From Candidatus Marisimplicoccus sp. (GTDB taxonomy: Bacteria > Bacteroidota > Bacteroidia > Flavobacteriales > Flavobacteriaceae), in the NCBI GenBank assembly GCA_965655775.1, contig CBFHHV010000005.1, positions 1,630-65,629 of the forward strand: DNA of 64,000 nt. Reading direction: 5' to 3'. Below, in pieces: positions 38,015-48,068 of the stretch. A program made the translations under genes and the position numbers. The notes under the pieces are model-generated. The model saw nothing but the letters and a program-made list of their open reading frames with translations. It did not search any database and had not been told where the DNA came from. How positions within the stretch are numbered: the stretch's first letter is position 1; the number at the start of each line of letters is the position of its first letter.

Positions 38015-38983
38015 CTAAAAACCAACACGAGTTCTAACTCTTTTAAGAACTTTTTGAGCTTGTTTTCTTGCTTTTTGAGCACCAGTTAACAATAAGGCTT
38101 CAACCTGATCTTCATTTTCTAGTAATTCAAAATATTTTTCTCTGTTTTCTGAAAATCGTTGTAAAATTGTATTAAATAAAAGCTCTTTAGCTTCACCATA
38201 ACCAACACCTCCTTTTAAGTATTTACTTTTTAGTAATTGAACATCATTTTCATGTGCAACCACTTCAAACAACTTAAACACATTACAATCTTCTGGATTT
38301 TTTGGATCTTCAACAGCTAAGCTCTGAGTCTCAATCTTCATAATTTGTTTTCTCAACTTTTTATCATCAACAAAAATATCAACTATATTATTTTTGGATT
38401 TACTCATTTTTTCACCATCTATACCAGTGATGTATTTAGTATCATCCTGGATTTTAGCTTCGGGTATTATAAAGGTTTCTCCCATTAAATTATTAAATCT
38501 AGAGGCTACATCTCTTGTCATTTCAAGATGCTGAAGTTGATCTTTTCCAACAGGCACAATGTCAGCATCATAAAGAAGAATATCAGCAGACATTAACATT
38601 GGGTATGAGAAAAGTCCAGAATTTACATCTTTTAAGTTATCAGATTTATCTTTAAAGGAGTGAGCTAATTTTAGTCTCTGATATGGAAAAAAACAACTAA
38701 GATACCAGGCTAATTCTGTTACCTCTGGCACATCACTCTGCCTGTAAAAACATGTCTTGGCAGGGTCTAGACCAAAGGCTAGCCATGTTGCCGCAGTAGA
38801 AAATGTATTTTCTTTTAAAGCTTTATCATCTTTAATTTGAGTTAAAGAATGCATGTTAGCAATAAAAAGATAGGATTCATCATCAGTTGAGTTTGCCATT
38901 TGTACAGCAGGAATAATTGCTCCAAGTATGTTGCCTAGGTGAGGTGTTCCCGTGGATTGAATGCCAGTTAATATTTTGGCCAT
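38015..38983 (-). CDS. trpS: Tryptophan--tRNA ligase
   Basis: GIQSTGTPHLGN (HIGH-type motif) and KMSKS. 322 aa. Confidence 0.95.
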   Translation of the reverse strand: MAKILTGIQSTGTPHLGNILGAIIPAVQMANSTDDESYLFIANMHSLTQIKDDKALKENTFSTAATWLAFGLDPAKTCFYRQSDVPEVTELAWYLSCFFPYQRLKLAHSFKDKSDNLKDVNSGLFSYPMLMSADILLYDADIVPVGKDQLQHLEMTRDVASRFNNLMGETFIIPEAKIQDDTKYITGIDGEKMSKSKNNIVDIFVDDKKLRKQIMKIETQSLAVEDPKNPEDCNVFKLFEVVAHENDVQLLKSKYLKGGVGYGEAKELLFNTILQRFSENREKYFELLENEDQVEALLLTGAQKARKQAQKVLKRVRTRVGF

Positions 38984-39000
38984 GAGAGTTGTTTACCAAA

Positions 39001-39008
39001 CAAAGATA
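39001..39008 (-). promoter_or_regulatory. -7 promoter box (TATCTTTG) for trpS
   Basis: The reverse complement of caaagata. It lies 17 nt upstream of the trpS ATG. Confidence 0.45.
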
Positions 39009-39039
39009 TTTTTTTTTGATGTTGAAACAAAATACCTGC

Positions 39040-39047
39040 TACCTTTG
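39040..39047 (+). promoter_or_regulatory. -7 promoter box (TACCTTTG) for plsC, with candidate -33 TTTG at 39015-39018
   Basis: Exact TAnnTTTG match with a TTTG 21 nt upstream. The ATG at 39072 is 24 nt downstream. Confidence 0.5.
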
Positions 39048-39071
39048 GTAAATAATGTCAATTATTAAGAC

Positions 39072-39860
39072 ATGATAAAAAAGATATTACTTAAGATTTG
39101 GCTCCAAATCTGGTTTTACTTTCTAGCTGGTATTCAGATTGTTGTTTACTTTCCCTTTCTAGTTATAATTCTATTATTTCCAAAGGGATATGAAATGCTT
39201 TATTGGGTAGCAAGAAATATCTGGGCAAGAATAATATTACATGGAAGTGGGTATTATGTTAAAGTGGAGAATAAAGAAAAATTGATTTCTAAAAAAAATT
39301 GTCTAATGATAGCAAATCATTCAAGTCATATGGATCCATTTTTAATGCTGATACTTAACAAGAAGCCTTTTAGATTTGTTGGAAAAAAGGAATTATATAG
39401 CTTGCCATTATTTGGTTATCTATATAAAAAAGCCGTAATAATGGTTGATAGGTTAGACCCTGTCAGCAGATTTGCAGTCTATGGTAGAGCAAATAAAATG
39501 CTAGAAAAAGGTTATAATGTCTGTATTTTTCCTGAAGCTCATTATTGGGATGATACTGTTTTATTACAAGAATTTAAACGAGGTGCATTTAAGATTGCAA
39601 TTGATAATCAACTTCCAATAATTCCAATAATTTTTTATGATTTAAAATTAAAGCACCCATGGTATCCAAAATTTGGTTCAATAGGTAGGTTGAGAGTAAA
39701 AGTGTTAGATAAAATTAATGTGGACAATTTATCGGAAAATGATATTCCATCTCTAACAAAAAAGGCCTTTAATATAATTAAAGGAGAGTTAGAGAATGAC
39801 CCAAAACAGTCTGCGGTAAAAGCTGTAAATAATTGGAAAAAAATACTTAATCAGAATTAA
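39072..39860 (+). CDS. plsC: 1-acyl-sn-glycerol-3-phosphate acyltransferase
   Basis: HX4D motif (ANHSSHMDP) and FPEA block. N-terminal TM helix. Confidence 0.85.
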   Translation: MIKKILLKIWLQIWFYFLAGIQIVVYFPFLVIILLFPKGYEMLYWVARNIWARIILHGSGYYVKVENKEKLISKKNCLMIANHSSHMDPFLMLILNKKPFRFVGKKELYSLPLFGYLYKKAVIMVDRLDPVSRFAVYGRANKMLEKGYNVCIFPEAHYWDDTVLLQEFKRGAFKIAIDNQLPIIPIIFYDLKLKHPWYPKFGSIGRLRVKVLDKINVDNLSENDIPSLTKKAFNIIKGELENDPKQSAVKAVNNWKKILNQN

Positions 39861-40848
39861 GCACTTCAAGAATTTTTTGTTCGAGCTCTTCCATTAATTC
39901 AGGATTATCTTTTAAAATAGATTTTACAGAGTCTCTGCCTTGGCCAAGTTTACTACCCCCATAACTAAACCATGATCCACTTTTTTCAATAATATCTTTC
40001 TCAACACCGATATCAAGTATTTCTCCAATTTTTGAAATACCTTCTCCGTACATTATATCAAATTCAGCAGTCTTAAAAGGAGGGGCAACTTTATTCTTTA
40101 CTATTTTCACTCTCGTTTTATTCCCCTGAACACCACCTTCAGTATCTTTTAGCTGTGTTGATCTCCTAATATCAATCCTAACAGAGGCATAAAATTTAAG
40201 AGCGTTCCCACCAGTAGTAGTTTCAGGATTTCCAAACATCACTCCAATCTTTTCTCTAAGTTGATTAATAAAAAACACCGTACAATTAGTTTTGCTAATC
40301 GATGCTGTTAATTTTCTTAGAGCCTGTGACATAAGTCTTGCATGTAATCCCATTTTTGAGTCTCCCATCTCACCTTCTATTTCACTTTTTGGCGTTAATG
40401 CAGCTACTGAATCAATAACCAATGCATCTACAGCTCCAGATCTAATTAAATTATCTGCTATTTCAAGAGCTTGTTCACCATTATCAGGCTGTGAGATAAC
40501 TAACTCTCCTAAATCTACCCCAAGTTTTTCTGCGTAAAATCTGTCAAAGGCATGCTCTGCATCAATAAAAGCTGCAATACCTCCTGCCTTTTGACACTCT
40601 GCTATTGCATGTAGTGTGAGTGTAGTTTTACCAGAAGATTCAGGTCCATATATTTCAATTACCCTTCCTTTTGGATAACCTCCAACACCTAAAGCGATAT
40701 CAAGACCAATTGAGCCTGAAGATATTGATTCAACTTTTTCTACAGTTTGATCACCAAGCTTCATAACGGAGCCTTTACCGTAGGTTTTGTCTAATTTGTC
40801 TAATGTTAATTTTAGTGCTTTAAGTTTAGAATCTTTAGGATCTGACAT
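39847..40848 (-). CDS. recA: Recombinase RecA
   Basis: Walker [10 protein letters not shown] and the ALKFYASVR signature. 333 aa. Confidence 0.97.
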   Translation of the reverse strand: MSDPKDSKLKALKLTLDKLDKTYGKGSVMKLGDQTVEKVESISSGSIGLDIALGVGGYPKGRVIEIYGPESSGKTTLTLHAIAECQKAGGIAAFIDAEHAFDRFYAEKLGVDLGELVISQPDNGEQALEIADNLIRSGAVDALVIDSVAALTPKSEIEGEMGDSKMGLHARLMSQALRKLTASISKTNCTVFFINQLREKIGVMFGNPETTTGGNALKFYASVRIDIRRSTQLKDTEGGVQGNKTRVKIVKNKVAPPFKTAEFDIMYGEGISKIGEILDIGVEKDIIEKSGSWFSYGGSKLGQGRDSVKSILKDNPELMEELEQKILEVLNSD

Positions 40849-40902
40849 ATTGAATCATTTATCACTAAAGTAATATTTTTTATATTTATATTTTACCAAA
40901 CT

Positions 40903-42234
40903 ATGAGAAAAATATTAATATTATTTGTAGCATTATTTGTAATGAACATTAATGCACAAGACATCCTTCAACTGAAGGAAAGAGCAGAGTTTATTAACAA
41001 ACTGCAAAAAGAAAGGCTTAATAAATTATTACCCCAGTTGATGGAAAAAACTGGCATTGATATGTGGGTTTTGATCGCAAGAGAATATAATGAGGATCCA
41101 ATAATAAAGACTATGTTGCCTCCTACATGGTTAAATGCAAGGAGAACAACTATTCTTGTATTTTCTTTAGACAAAAACACCAAAAAATTTGAATCAGTTG
41201 CTATTTCACGATATACTTTTGGTGATAACATACCATCAATATGGGATAAAGAAAAACAACCTAACCAATGGAAAGCTCTTAATGATTATATAGTAAGTAA
41301 AAACCCTGAAAAAATAGGCCTTAATTTTTCAAGCTATGAGTCACTTGCAGACGGACTTAGCAAGTATCATTATGACCAGCTTTACAATGTTTTATCACCT
41401 AAATTCAGAAAAAAAATTACTTCAGCTGAGGATCTTGCAATAGCCTGGATTGAAACCAGAACAGATCTAGAAATGACAGTGTTTTCTCAATTAGTTGAAA
41501 TTAGCAGCGCTATCATTAGGGAAGCTTTTTCTACTAAAGTAATTACTCCAGGAGTTACAAGCACTGATGATGTAGTATGGTGGATGCGAGAAAAAGTTTT
41601 ATCTCTAGGATTAGATACATGGTTCCATCCTACTGTCGATGTTCAAAGAAAGGACAATAGCGATTTATATGCCTTTGATAATAAATCAAAATTTGACATA
41701 ATATTACCTGGAGACTTACTTCATTGTGATTTTGGAATATCTTATTTGACTTTAAATACAGATACTCAAGAGCTAGCTTATGTGCTTAAGCCTGGGGAGA
41801 CAAATGCTCCAGACTTCTTAATAAATGCATTTAAAGAAGGAACAAGGGTACAAGATATTTTTACAAATAATTTTAAGCAAGGATTGACAGGAAATGAAAT
41901 TTTGAAAAAATCTCTTGAGCAAGGAAAAGCAGAAGGTCTTAGGCCTTCCATATATACTCATCCACTTGGAACATATGGACACTCTGCAGGGACTACATTA
42001 GGTATGTGGGACTCCCAGGGAGGTGTTCCATTTACTGGAGACTACCCTCTGCAATTTAATACAGCATATGCTATTGAATTAAATACAACAGTATACATTG
42101 AAGAGTGGGAGAAAGATATAAGAATTATGCTTGAAGTTCCAGGTTTCTTCGGTGAAGATGGATTTAGATATATCAACGGTCGACTAACAGAGTTTCTTTT
42201 AGTTGGTAAAAAACAGACAGGCTTAGACGACTAA
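40903..42234 (+). CDS. Secreted M24 family metallopeptidase (Xaa-Pro aminopeptidase-like)
   Basis: Signal peptide. Pita-bread fold metal ligand regions (LLHCDFGISY, HPLGTYGHSAG, AIELN). Confidence 0.75.
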   Translation: MRKILILFVALFVMNINAQDILQLKERAEFINKLQKERLNKLLPQLMEKTGIDMWVLIAREYNEDPIIKTMLPPTWLNARRTTILVFSLDKNTKKFESVAISRYTFGDNIPSIWDKEKQPNQWKALNDYIVSKNPEKIGLNFSSYESLADGLSKYHYDQLYNVLSPKFRKKITSAEDLAIAWIETRTDLEMTVFSQLVEISSAIIREAFSTKVITPGVTSTDDVVWWMREKVLSLGLDTWFHPTVDVQRKDNSDLYAFDNKSKFDIILPGDLLHCDFGISYLTLNTDTQELAYVLKPGETNAPDFLINAFKEGTRVQDIFTNNFKQGLTGNEILKKSLEQGKAEGLRPSIYTHPLGTYGHSAGTTLGMWDSQGGVPFTGDYPLQFNTAYAIELNTTVYIEEWEKDIRIMLEVPGFFGEDGFRYINGRLTEFLLVGKKQTGLDD

Positions 42235-42266
42235 AAATAAAAAAGCATAAGGTTGGTAAAAAGTTG

Positions 42267-42274
42267 TAATTTTG
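42267..42274 (+). promoter_or_regulatory. -7 promoter box (TAATTTTG) for trhO
   Basis: Exact TAnnTTTG match 19 nt upstream of the ATG at 42294. Confidence 0.4.
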
Positions 42275-42293
42275 CAATCTATATTAGTATAGC

Positions 42294-43328
42294 ATGCAAC
42301 TGTACAATAAACTTAGCGCTCAAGAGCGTGCCAGGATAATTGATGAAAATTCTCAAGAGAGAATCACACTTTCATTCTATAAGTATTTCAAATTAGGGAA
42401 CCCATCACTTTTTAGAGATCATCTATTTATCCTTTGGTCTAATCTAGATGTTTTAGGTAGAATTTATGTTGCAAAGGAAGGAATTAATGCTCAGCTATCA
42501 GTTCCTAAAGAAAACTTTGAAAAATTTAAAATATCAGTTAACGAAATATTCCCTTTGAAAGATATCAGAATAAATATAGCTCTTGAACATTTCAGTAAAT
42601 CTTTCTTAAAATTAACCATAAAGATTAGAGATAAAATTGTTGCAGATGGACTTGATGATTCCACTTTTGATGTAACAAGAATTGGTGAACATTTGGATGC
42701 AAAGAGATTTAATGAAATGCTAAATGATAAAAACACTATTTGTATCGACATGAGAAATCATTATGAAAGTGAGATAGGATTCTTCAAGGGTGCTGTAAAA
42801 CCCAATGTTGATACTTTTAGAGAGTCCCTGGAAATAATCGATGAAGAGCTAGATAAAAATGGAAAAGATAAGAACTATTTGATGTATTGTACAGGAGGAA
42901 TTAGATGTGAAAAAGCAAGTGCGTATCTTAAGCATAAAGGAATTGAAAATGTTTTTCAACTAGAAGGCGGAATAATTGAATATACTAGACAAGTTAAAGA
43001 GCAAAAGCTAGAAAATAATTTTCTTGGGAAAAACTTTGTATTTGATGAAAGAATAGGTGAAAGAGTTTCAGATGAAATTGTCTCAAATTGCCATCAGTGT
43101 GGATCCCCATGTGATACTCATGTAAATTGTGCGAATGAATCATGTCATTTACTTTTTATTCAGTGTGATGATTGTAAAAAGAAGATGAGTAATTGTTGCT
43201 CAGAAGAATGTATGGAAATAAATGCACTTCCTTATGATGAGCAGAAATCACTAAGAAAAGGAAAAGGTAATAGCATTCAGATTTTTAAAAAAGGAAGATC
43301 AACTAAACTCAAATATAAAATAGACTAA
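42294..43328 (+). CDS. trhO: Rhodanese-domain tRNA U34 hydroxylase TrhO (YceA/UPF0176)
   Basis: Rhodanese active-site loop YCTGGIRCEKA and a Cys-rich C-terminal extension. Confidence 0.85.
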   Translation: MQLYNKLSAQERARIIDENSQERITLSFYKYFKLGNPSLFRDHLFILWSNLDVLGRIYVAKEGINAQLSVPKENFEKFKISVNEIFPLKDIRINIALEHFSKSFLKLTIKIRDKIVADGLDDSTFDVTRIGEHLDAKRFNEMLNDKNTICIDMRNHYESEIGFFKGAVKPNVDTFRESLEIIDEELDKNGKDKNYLMYCTGGIRCEKASAYLKHKGIENVFQLEGGIIEYTRQVKEQKLENNFLGKNFVFDERIGERVSDEIVSNCHQCGSPCDTHVNCANESCHLLFIQCDDCKKKMSNCCSEECMEINALPYDEQKSLRKGKGNSIQIFKKGRSTKLKYKID

Positions 43329-43329
43329 T

Positions 43330-45615
43330 ATGAAACGCTTACTCACTATTAGATTATTATGGTCTTCAATTTTGATTGGTTTAGTCTCCTTTTTTGGATT
43401 ATTTATTCTTGCAGGAAATGGAACGTTTGGAGAAATGCCTCAATTCGAACAACTCGAAAATCCAAACACAAATCTAGCTACTCAAATTATATCATCAGAT
43501 GGAGAAATATTAGGTAAATATTATTTTAATGATAACAGAACGCCTATTACTTATGATGAACTTCCTAAAAATTTAGTTGATGCTTTAATTGCTACTGAAG
43601 ATGAAAGATTTTATAATCATCCAGGAATTGACATAAGATCAACTTTAAGAGCAATAATTTTTTTAAATACAAGAGGAGGTTCGAGTACAATTAGTCAACA
43701 GCTTGCAAGACAGCTGTTTGTCGGGGTTAGGTCAAGAAATATTATCCAAGCAGTTCTCCAAAAAGCAAGAGAGTGGGTTTTAGCTATTCAAATTGAGAAA
43801 AGATACACTAAGAATGAAATCATTGCTATGTATTTAAACATATATGATTTTAACAATACAGCAGACGGAGTTCGTTCAGCTTCAAAAATTTACTTTAATA
43901 AAACTCCTGATTCACTTCTTATTGAAGATGCTGCGACTCTAGTGGGAATGTTAAAAAACTCGTCACTTTACAATCCACTTAGAAGACCGGAACTTGTTAC
44001 GGAAAGACGAAATGTTGTTTTTCAGCAGATGTATAGAAATGAAATGATCACAAAAAATCAAAGAGACTCATTATCATCAATTCCCTTAAAAATTGATTAT
44101 TCACCAGAGTCACACAGAGAAGGACTGGCAACTTATTTTAGAGCATATCTTCAAGAGTTTATGAATCAGTGGTTAAGAGAGAACCCAAAGCCTGATGGCT
44201 CAAGATATAACCTTTATAGAGATGGTTTAAGAATCTATACAACTATCGACTCTAGGCTTCAGTCTATAGCTGAAGAATCAGTTAATGAGCACATGAAGAA
44301 TCTTCAATCAGAATTTTTTGCACAAAATAAAGAATCAGAGGAAAATCCAACACCACCTTTCAGAGATCTGAGAGAGGGTCAAGTTGATACTTTAATTAAA
44401 TTATCAGCAATGAGATCTGAGAGATGGAGAAAGATGAAATTGAGTGGAAAAGATGAAGATGAGATATGGGACACATTTCAAGTAGAAACTCCTATGAAAA
44501 TATTTTCATGGAATGGAGAAATTGATACTATAATGAAGCCAATAGATTCAATTAAATATTATAAGTTTCATCTAAGAGCCTCAATGATGTCAATGGAGCC
44601 TCAAACAGGACATGTCAAAGCATGGGTTGGAGGGGTTAATTATAAACATTTTCAATATGACCAGGTTAAACAGGGAAGGCGACAAATAGGTTCAACCTTT
44701 AAACCTTTCTTATATGCAACAGCAATTGATCAATTAAAACTTTCACCATGTTATATTGTCCCTGACGCATTATATTGTATTGAGCCTGGTAAACATGGAA
44801 ATATGGACGCATGGTGCCCAAAAAATTCAAGCGATAAATATGGTCAGACTCGTAATTTAAAAAATGCATTAGCTAATTCAATTAACACAATCAGTGCAAG
44901 ACTTATGGATCAAGTTGGGCCAAAACCTGTTGTTGCTTTGATGAAAAAAATGGGAATTAATTCATACTTGCCTGAGGTACCATCAATTGCACTTGGAACA
45001 CCAGATATTAGCCTATACGAAATGGTAGGAGCCTATAGTACGTTTGTAAATAAAGGAATATATATTGAGCCAATCTTTATTACAAGGATAGAAGATAAAA
45101 ACGGAGTTCCATTATTTGAAGTAATTCCTAATACAACTGATGTCTTGAGTGAAGAAGCAGCATATGTAACAGTAAATTTAATGGAAGGGGTAACAAAGTA
45201 TGGTTCAGGAGGTAGACTTAGACACTCTGGCTTAGAAGAGACAAATTATATTTATAAGAATTTAGTTACAGGGTATCCTTACGCATTTGAAAATTCTATA
45301 GCTGGAAAAACTGGAACTACTCAAAATCAGAGTGATGGATGGTTTATGGGAATGGTTCCTAACCTAGTAACTGGAGTTTGGGTTGGAGGTGAAGACCGAT
45401 CTGTCCATTTTGAAGATATCGCTTTTGGTCAGGGAGCTACTATGGCTCTCCCTATCTGGGGACAATACATGAAGAAAGCTTATCTAAATCCAAATCTAGG
45501 AATTTCATCCGAGGATTTTCCAGTTCCTGAATTAGTAACAATTCCATTAGATTGTGAAAATTTAAATATTGAAAGCTCAAAGAAGAAAAAAGATCTTGAA
45601 GAACTAGGTTTTTAA
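43330..45615 (+). CDS. mrcA: Bifunctional class A penicillin-binding protein (PBP1A: glycosyltransferase plus transpeptidase)
   Basis: GT51 motifs (ATEDERFYNHPGID, GGSTISQQLAR), transpeptidase SxxK (GSTFKP), SxN (NSIN) and KTGT. Confidence 0.93.
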   Translation: MKRLLTIRLLWSSILIGLVSFFGLFILAGNGTFGEMPQFEQLENPNTNLATQIISSDGEILGKYYFNDNRTPITYDELPKNLVDALIATEDERFYNHPGIDIRSTLRAIIFLNTRGGSSTISQQLARQLFVGVRSRNIIQAVLQKAREWVLAIQIEKRYTKNEIIAMYLNIYDFNNTADGVRSASKIYFNKTPDSLLIEDAATLVGMLKNSSLYNPLRRPELVTERRNVVFQQMYRNEMITKNQRDSLSSIPLKIDYSPESHREGLATYFRAYLQEFMNQWLRENPKPDGSRYNLYRDGLRIYTTIDSRLQSIAEESVNEHMKNLQSEFFAQNKESEENPTPPFRDLREGQVDTLIKLSAMRSERWRKMKLSGKDEDEIWDTFQVETPMKIFSWNGEIDTIMKPIDSIKYYKFHLRASMMSMEPQTGHVKAWVGGVNYKHFQYDQVKQGRRQIGSTFKPFLYATAIDQLKLSPCYIVPDALYCIEPGKHGNMDAWCPKNSSDKYGQTRNLKNALANSINTISARLMDQVGPKPVVALMKKMGINSYLPEVPSIALGTPDISLYEMVGAYSTFVNKGIYIEPIFITRIEDKNGVPLFEVIPNTTDVLSEEAAYVTVNLMEGVTKYGSGGRLRHSGLEETNYIYKNLVTGYPYAFENSIAGKTGTTQNQSDGWFMGMVPNLVTGVWVGGEDRSVHFEDIAFGQGATMALPIWGQYMKKAYLNPNLGISSEDFPVPELVTIPLDCENLNIESSKKKKDLEELGF

Positions 45616-46121
45616 TCTAAAATTTTCTCATAGCAATGAAAAGGAAATTCACTTTGATCTGGGAAATAAACATCATCAAGTTGTTTATATTTTCTTGATT
45701 TATAAAACCTATTATTTCTTTCATTTTTACTAAATGTGTCAAGCCTGACAGACTTTAATTTTTTATCTCGGGCATAATCTTCAGCAAAATCCATTAACAA
45801 TCTACCTATCCCTTGTTTTTGAAATTTTGGTTCAACAGCTAACCTATGAACATATAAATTTTCATCATCTTTGGTTAGCCACTTTATATCATTGTACTCA
45901 ATATCCTTATCATAAGAAAGTGCTACACAGCCTATTAATCCTGAGTCGTTTTTAAAAATAAATAAATTCTTTTTTTCAATATCCGCCAAAAAAATATCTC
46001 TACTTGGATATTTTTCATTCCATTGAAAAATATTTTTGCTTATTAAATCATTTGCACAATTATGAATCATTTTCATTATATCTTCAAGATCATTTATTTC
46101 AGCTAATTCAATTTTAATCAT
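45612..46121 (-). CDS. GNAT family N-acetyltransferase
   Basis: RLAVEPKFQKQGIGRLLM (Q/RxxGxG motif). 169 aa. Confidence 0.8.
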   Translation of the reverse strand: MIKIELAEINDLEDIMKMIHNCANDLISKNIFQWNEKYPSRDIFLADIEKKNLFIFKNDSGLIGCVALSYDKDIEYNDIKWLTKDDENLYVHRLAVEPKFQKQGIGRLLMDFAEDYARDKKLKSVRLDTFSKNERNNRFYKSRKYKQLDDVYFPDQSEFPFHCYEKILD

Positions 46122-46161
46122 AAAAAATAATAATGTTTAAATTAGAGTAAAATTAATTTAA

Positions 46162-47058
46162 TTGTCTAAAAAAACAGCCATTAGATTTTTGACCATCATA
46201 GTTGTAATGATTTCAAGCTATAGCTATTCCCAACAACAGGTTAATTTAGATGTAGATAATGATCTTTATTTTGACAGAGACTTTTATTACTCAAGTGGAA
46301 TTTTTCTCTCATACTCGTCTTATAAAATTGAAGAAAAAAAAACCCTTATTAATCATTTTAAATTAGGACAATTAATTTATACCCCATCAAGCAGATATGA
46401 GACTGATCCAAATAAATATGACTACCCATACAGTGGTTATTTATTTTTGGAGGGATTAAAACAAAAACAACTATCTGATTACTCCAGTTTTACATATGGA
46501 TTAAATTTTGGAATAACAGGTAACGCATCATTGGCCAAAGGAATGCAGAATTTATACCATGACATTGTTTTGAATTTACCAAACCTGAAATGGAAATCTC
46601 AGATGCCTCAGGAACTTCAAATAAATCTAGTTGCAAATTATTTCAAAGGCTTTAAAGTTGAGGATAACATAAATATTTCAGCAGAGGTTTATTCAAGATT
46701 AGGAACATACCAGCAAATGGTAGGTGTTAATATTGGACTTCTAATTGGAGAGTTAAGTTGGTTTAGTCTATCAGATAATATTATAAACGAATCAGATAAT
46801 AATTTATCTTTTTATATTGGAACCAGTCAGGAGTATTACTTACATGATTATAAATTAGAGGGAAGCCTTTTTAATGAAAACGCTGAGCTCATAATGTCTT
46901 CAAATAAATATAGAAATACCATAGAAGTTGGATTTCAAAAGCGATTTAACAGACTTCAAGTTCTTACTACTTTTAACTCTATGTCTAAGGATACCGAAAT
47001 GCAAAGAACTATTATGCACCCTTTTTTAAAAATCAGTTTGAGCTTTCAGCTTAACTAA
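46162..47058 (+). CDS. Outer-membrane beta-barrel protein, possibly LpxR-like lipid A deacylase (DUF2219-like)
   Basis: Signal peptide, an N-terminal DNDLYFDRDFYYSSG pattern, and alternating beta-strand character ending in an aromatic residue region. TTG start. The family call is tentative. Confidence 0.45.
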   Translation: MSKKTAIRFLTIIVVMISSYSYSQQQVNLDVDNDLYFDRDFYYSSGIFLSYSSYKIEEKKTLINHFKLGQLIYTPSSRYETDPNKYDYPYSGYLFLEGLKQKQLSDYSSFTYGLNFGITGNASLAKGMQNLYHDIVLNLPNLKWKSQMPQELQINLVANYFKGFKVEDNINISAEVYSRLGTYQQMVGVNIGLLIGELSWFSLSDNIINESDNNLSFYIGTSQEYYLHDYKLEGSLFNENAELIMSSNKYRNTIEVGFQKRFNRLQVLTTFNSMSKDTEMQRTIMHPFLKISLSFQLN

Positions 47059-47117
47059 TTTTAACTTTTCTTTAAAATAATATCAGGTATTATTACCTTA
47101 TTTTTGAATGTTGATTC

Positions 47118-47202
47118 AAAAACGCTCCTAAAGTCATCTTTAGTCCTTTTTTAGCTAGGTTAATTTTGAATTTTTGTTAATTGGTTTTTTAGGAGCGTTT
47201 TT
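47118..47202. terminator. 15-bp perfect inverted repeat (AAAAACGCTCCTAAA / TTTAGGAGCGTTTTT) with 55-nt spacer; candidate bidirectional terminator or small structured element
   Basis: Arms at 47118-47132 and 47188-47202 lie between convergent genes. A-run/T-run flanks give U-tracts on both strands. An inner hairpin CTAAAG-tcat-CTTTAG (47128-47143) competes with the left arm. Confidence 0.45.
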
Positions 47203-47203
47203 T

Positions 47204-48064
47204 CTATTCCACCTTAATTTTATACATGTATGGACTTCCGATCCCCTCATCTTCTGAAGTAATCCAAAACGTTTTGTCATCAATTATCTTAATTGCTTCA
47301 ATTTGCGCTCTCTCAAGTGGAATTTTAAATTTTCTAAATTTTTTTTCAGTTAAGGTTTCCAAATTAAAGTCTTCAAACAGAATTAAAAATTGGCTTCCTT
47401 TTGAGTTGTAGCTAACAAGGGCAAGTAAGCTCATATCTTTATTGTAATCACCTCCAGTAATTAAAGAATTTACATTATATGTAGTTTTACTTTCAAGTAC
47501 TTGCTTTGAATTACTTTGTTTATCAATTAAATATAGATCAGTAAATAGATTGTCTCTGTCCTTAGACAAAACAGCAATTTTATCCTCAATTAAAAATAAT
47601 GCTTCAGCATCATACTTATGTTTTGGTCTTGGTAAAAATGTTTGTTGATCTTTATAGGAAATATCAATTTTACTATCAATACTAAAATCAGTTGTTTTAA
47701 CTTTTATGATATTTAGATTGTCTCTGTTGCCAAAATTGTTTCCTGTATCAGCAATGTATATATAATTTTCATCAGCTGTAATATCTTCCCAGTCATTATT
47801 ATAAATTTCCCAAAAAGATTCTTCCTCTAGTGTTATAGAATTTATGATCTCACCATTTTGACTAAAAAAGTATAAACTAGGCTCTCCTCCAGAGTCATTA
47901 TGAGTTATAAATTGGTTGTTAAGAATTTCCAAACCAGAGGTTTCATTTATAATTTTTGGTAGAACAATAGTTTCAAGAATAATAGCATTTTCAAAGTCTT
48001 CCTTTTCTTGTCCACTTGAACAACTAAATATTATCAATGACAATATGAAGTAATACCTTTTCAT
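47204..48064 (-). CDS. Lipoprotein, beta-propeller-like (SdiA-regulated/phytase-like pattern; function unknown)
   Basis: Lipobox (IIFSCS). Motifs ETSGLE, HNDSGG, DWEDIT and IADTGNN. Last gene of a three-gene operon. Confidence 0.5.
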   Translation of the reverse strand: MKRYYFILSLIIFSCSSGQEKEDFENAIILETIVLPKIINETSGLEILNNQFITHNDSGGEPSLYFFSQNGEIINSITLEEESFWEIYNNDWEDITADENYIYIADTGNNFGNRDNLNIIKVKTTDFSIDSKIDISYKDQQTFLPRPKHKYDAEALFLIEDKIAVLSKDRDNLFTDLYLIDKQSNSKQVLESKTTYNVNSLITGGDYNKDMSLLALVSYNSKGSQFLILFEDFNLETLTEKKFRKFKIPLERAQIEAIKIIDDKTFWITSEDEGIGSPYMYKIKVE

Positions 48065-48068
48065 TAAT

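Noticed and set aside
47076-47094. AT-only hairpin AATAATA-tcagg-TATTATT downstream of the 46162-47058 gene as an intrinsic terminator
   Set aside because: The 7-bp all-A/T stem would be very weak. The G/C-containing 15-bp inverted repeat just downstream is a better candidate, so this was not listed as a feature.
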